Both the position numbers and the translations under genes were made by a program. From a virus (taxonomy: Duplodnaviria > Caudoviricetes), in IMG/VR virus record IMGVR_UViG_3300021091_000011: 64,000 nucleotides of DNA. One strand, written 5' to 3'. Within the stretch, counting starts at the first letter, position 1, and each line of letters begins with the position of its first letter. The notes under the pieces were generated by a model. It did no database searches. It was given only the letters and a program-made list of their open reading frames with translations, and was not told the origin of the DNA. Below, in pieces: positions 63,901 through 64,000 of this stretch.

Positions 63901-64000
63901 GGTTTCAATGCCCGCGTAAAGTTCAGCCAACGAGTCAAACCATTCGCGTTGGCCGAGCTTGATCAACTTGATAATCGTCGCGCGGTCCATTGGTACACGG
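60979..64000 (-). CDS. polA: Family A DNA polymerase with intein; 5' part beyond the right edge
   Basis: TDTGRFS, motif A IDYSGVELRI, spliced motif B RQNSK|SLNFAMCYG, motif C IHDEL. The frame is open to position 64000. Confidence 0.95.
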   Translation of the reverse strand, partial: RVPMDRATIIKLIKLGQREWFDSLAELYAGIETILGRDVRPGWFKSMQGQHHRINTPFDADCMEPSYMEHREQVIKDLGPDPDVKVPKSVPSLTDAKVRETVQFPNTYDVTIPTELGLLLRELGVEGLTVTEKSGQVKTSKDEINRIFEDMGDDLPFAPKIKRFREVAKGLSSNLFPVYHDLAPGNSPDGRLWVGFNATKTDTGRFSTPASESGDFTGQSRWNLHSIPATYDKSKPECVRKMRTSVKATAGKILFAIDYSGVELRIVTNLSGEPKWVDEFFRCSGCEHRFEKGSCPPHFCPSCWSDKIGDLHTLTALAIYGEDAPSKSDFKLKRQNSKCVHPDTLIRMDSGYTRIGDLAFGGVDEFKPHSGKVLTPKGGFAPILETYNGGIKPLYHVVSRRGVLTCSEEHKFVLADGTQKSLREGLKAGDTLHAPVFLAADEQEPKTLSHKAFAGVPEMAYTPTMATAYFSGLHAGDGASSTACATITHGSVEKTDALGVRYSEWQEIIMAACRDVGLEPIARKKNVYLGSRHVLRWMQTLGLVDGSPSTKRTLRVPRWILQGGRSAMAHYLGGLIDTDGSVSSGGDINICTKDFVFAGQIAEIIRAIGGEATITTSWNKKYSRWYVKVGFKRRDGALIAPYMRHPGKIARISGTSKAYDRLGNEVLLIVPAGDSLCLDLHIDSEDHLYAANGLAVHNSLNFAMCYGGGGSAAQRSVGVDKEEGWRIKRQFDKSYRGLAKWWEEQHKTARKQKYVTTAYGRKYPLPDIDHTDGGFRSKAERNSVNGPVQGSSADIMKFAMGLIYRECKERGWLDKARMCVTIHDELVFEIDEDLAEEAVVTINELMTVRTVKNLGWIIPLKNDIEFGDDWTVPFNLVAMTNPRETKPEVWSERWQRVFPKFYAEYLANGGVGEAKSVAEAVPVAAPIESTPDFVMPISSQSRHVYTIPAHRLTPELAEIMARVVAKCMNRGKDEIVIETDHGSDLLGFAFKASFAEFKIIAGYEGL
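61906..62985 (-). mobile_element. Intein (360 aa) with LAGLIDADG endonuclease in Pol A motif B
   Basis: Begins CVHPDT, ends AVHN before S. Blocks FSGLHAGDG and YLGGLIDTDG. Confidence 0.95.

Overview
This window looks like part of a large dsDNA bacteriophage genome, roughly 55-60% GC by eye. It has no rRNA, recognisable tRNA, CRISPR array or cas genes. From left to right it contains: (1) 1-15.1 kb, minus strand: a recombination/replication operon with a RecD2-like helicase (intein), an SSB-like protein, RuvC, RecA (intein) and a SbcC-like N-half. Four DNA methyltransferases sit between sbcC and an sbcD-like nuclease that runs off the left edge. (2) 15-24.8 kb: two divergent sigma-like genes, a repeat-rich non-coding gap, clamp-loader delta'/delta homologues and a VWA protein. 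(3) 24.8-41.5 kb: an accessory region of small gene cassettes, each fronted by a fixed-spacing bipartite motif (13 intact copies). It also holds a second, split methyltransferase locus, an array of paralogues with a constant N-terminal module and variable Gly/Tyr/Asp tails, a tandem structured-RNA candidate and a MoxR AAA+ ATPase. (4) 41.7-57.4 kb: two giant putative virion proteins. (5) 57.4-64 kb: a 2H phosphoesterase, a thaumatin-like lipoprotein, a ParB-like protein and a family-A DNA polymerase (intein) that runs off the right edge. The strongest novelty candidates are a portable N-terminal 'DRSALI[KR]LA' leader on unrelated proteins, the LPxPF constant/variable array, the split methyltransferases with free-standing variable-region genes, and the duplicated RNA hairpin unit. 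Family assignments rest on motifs recognised by eye; no database searches were run.
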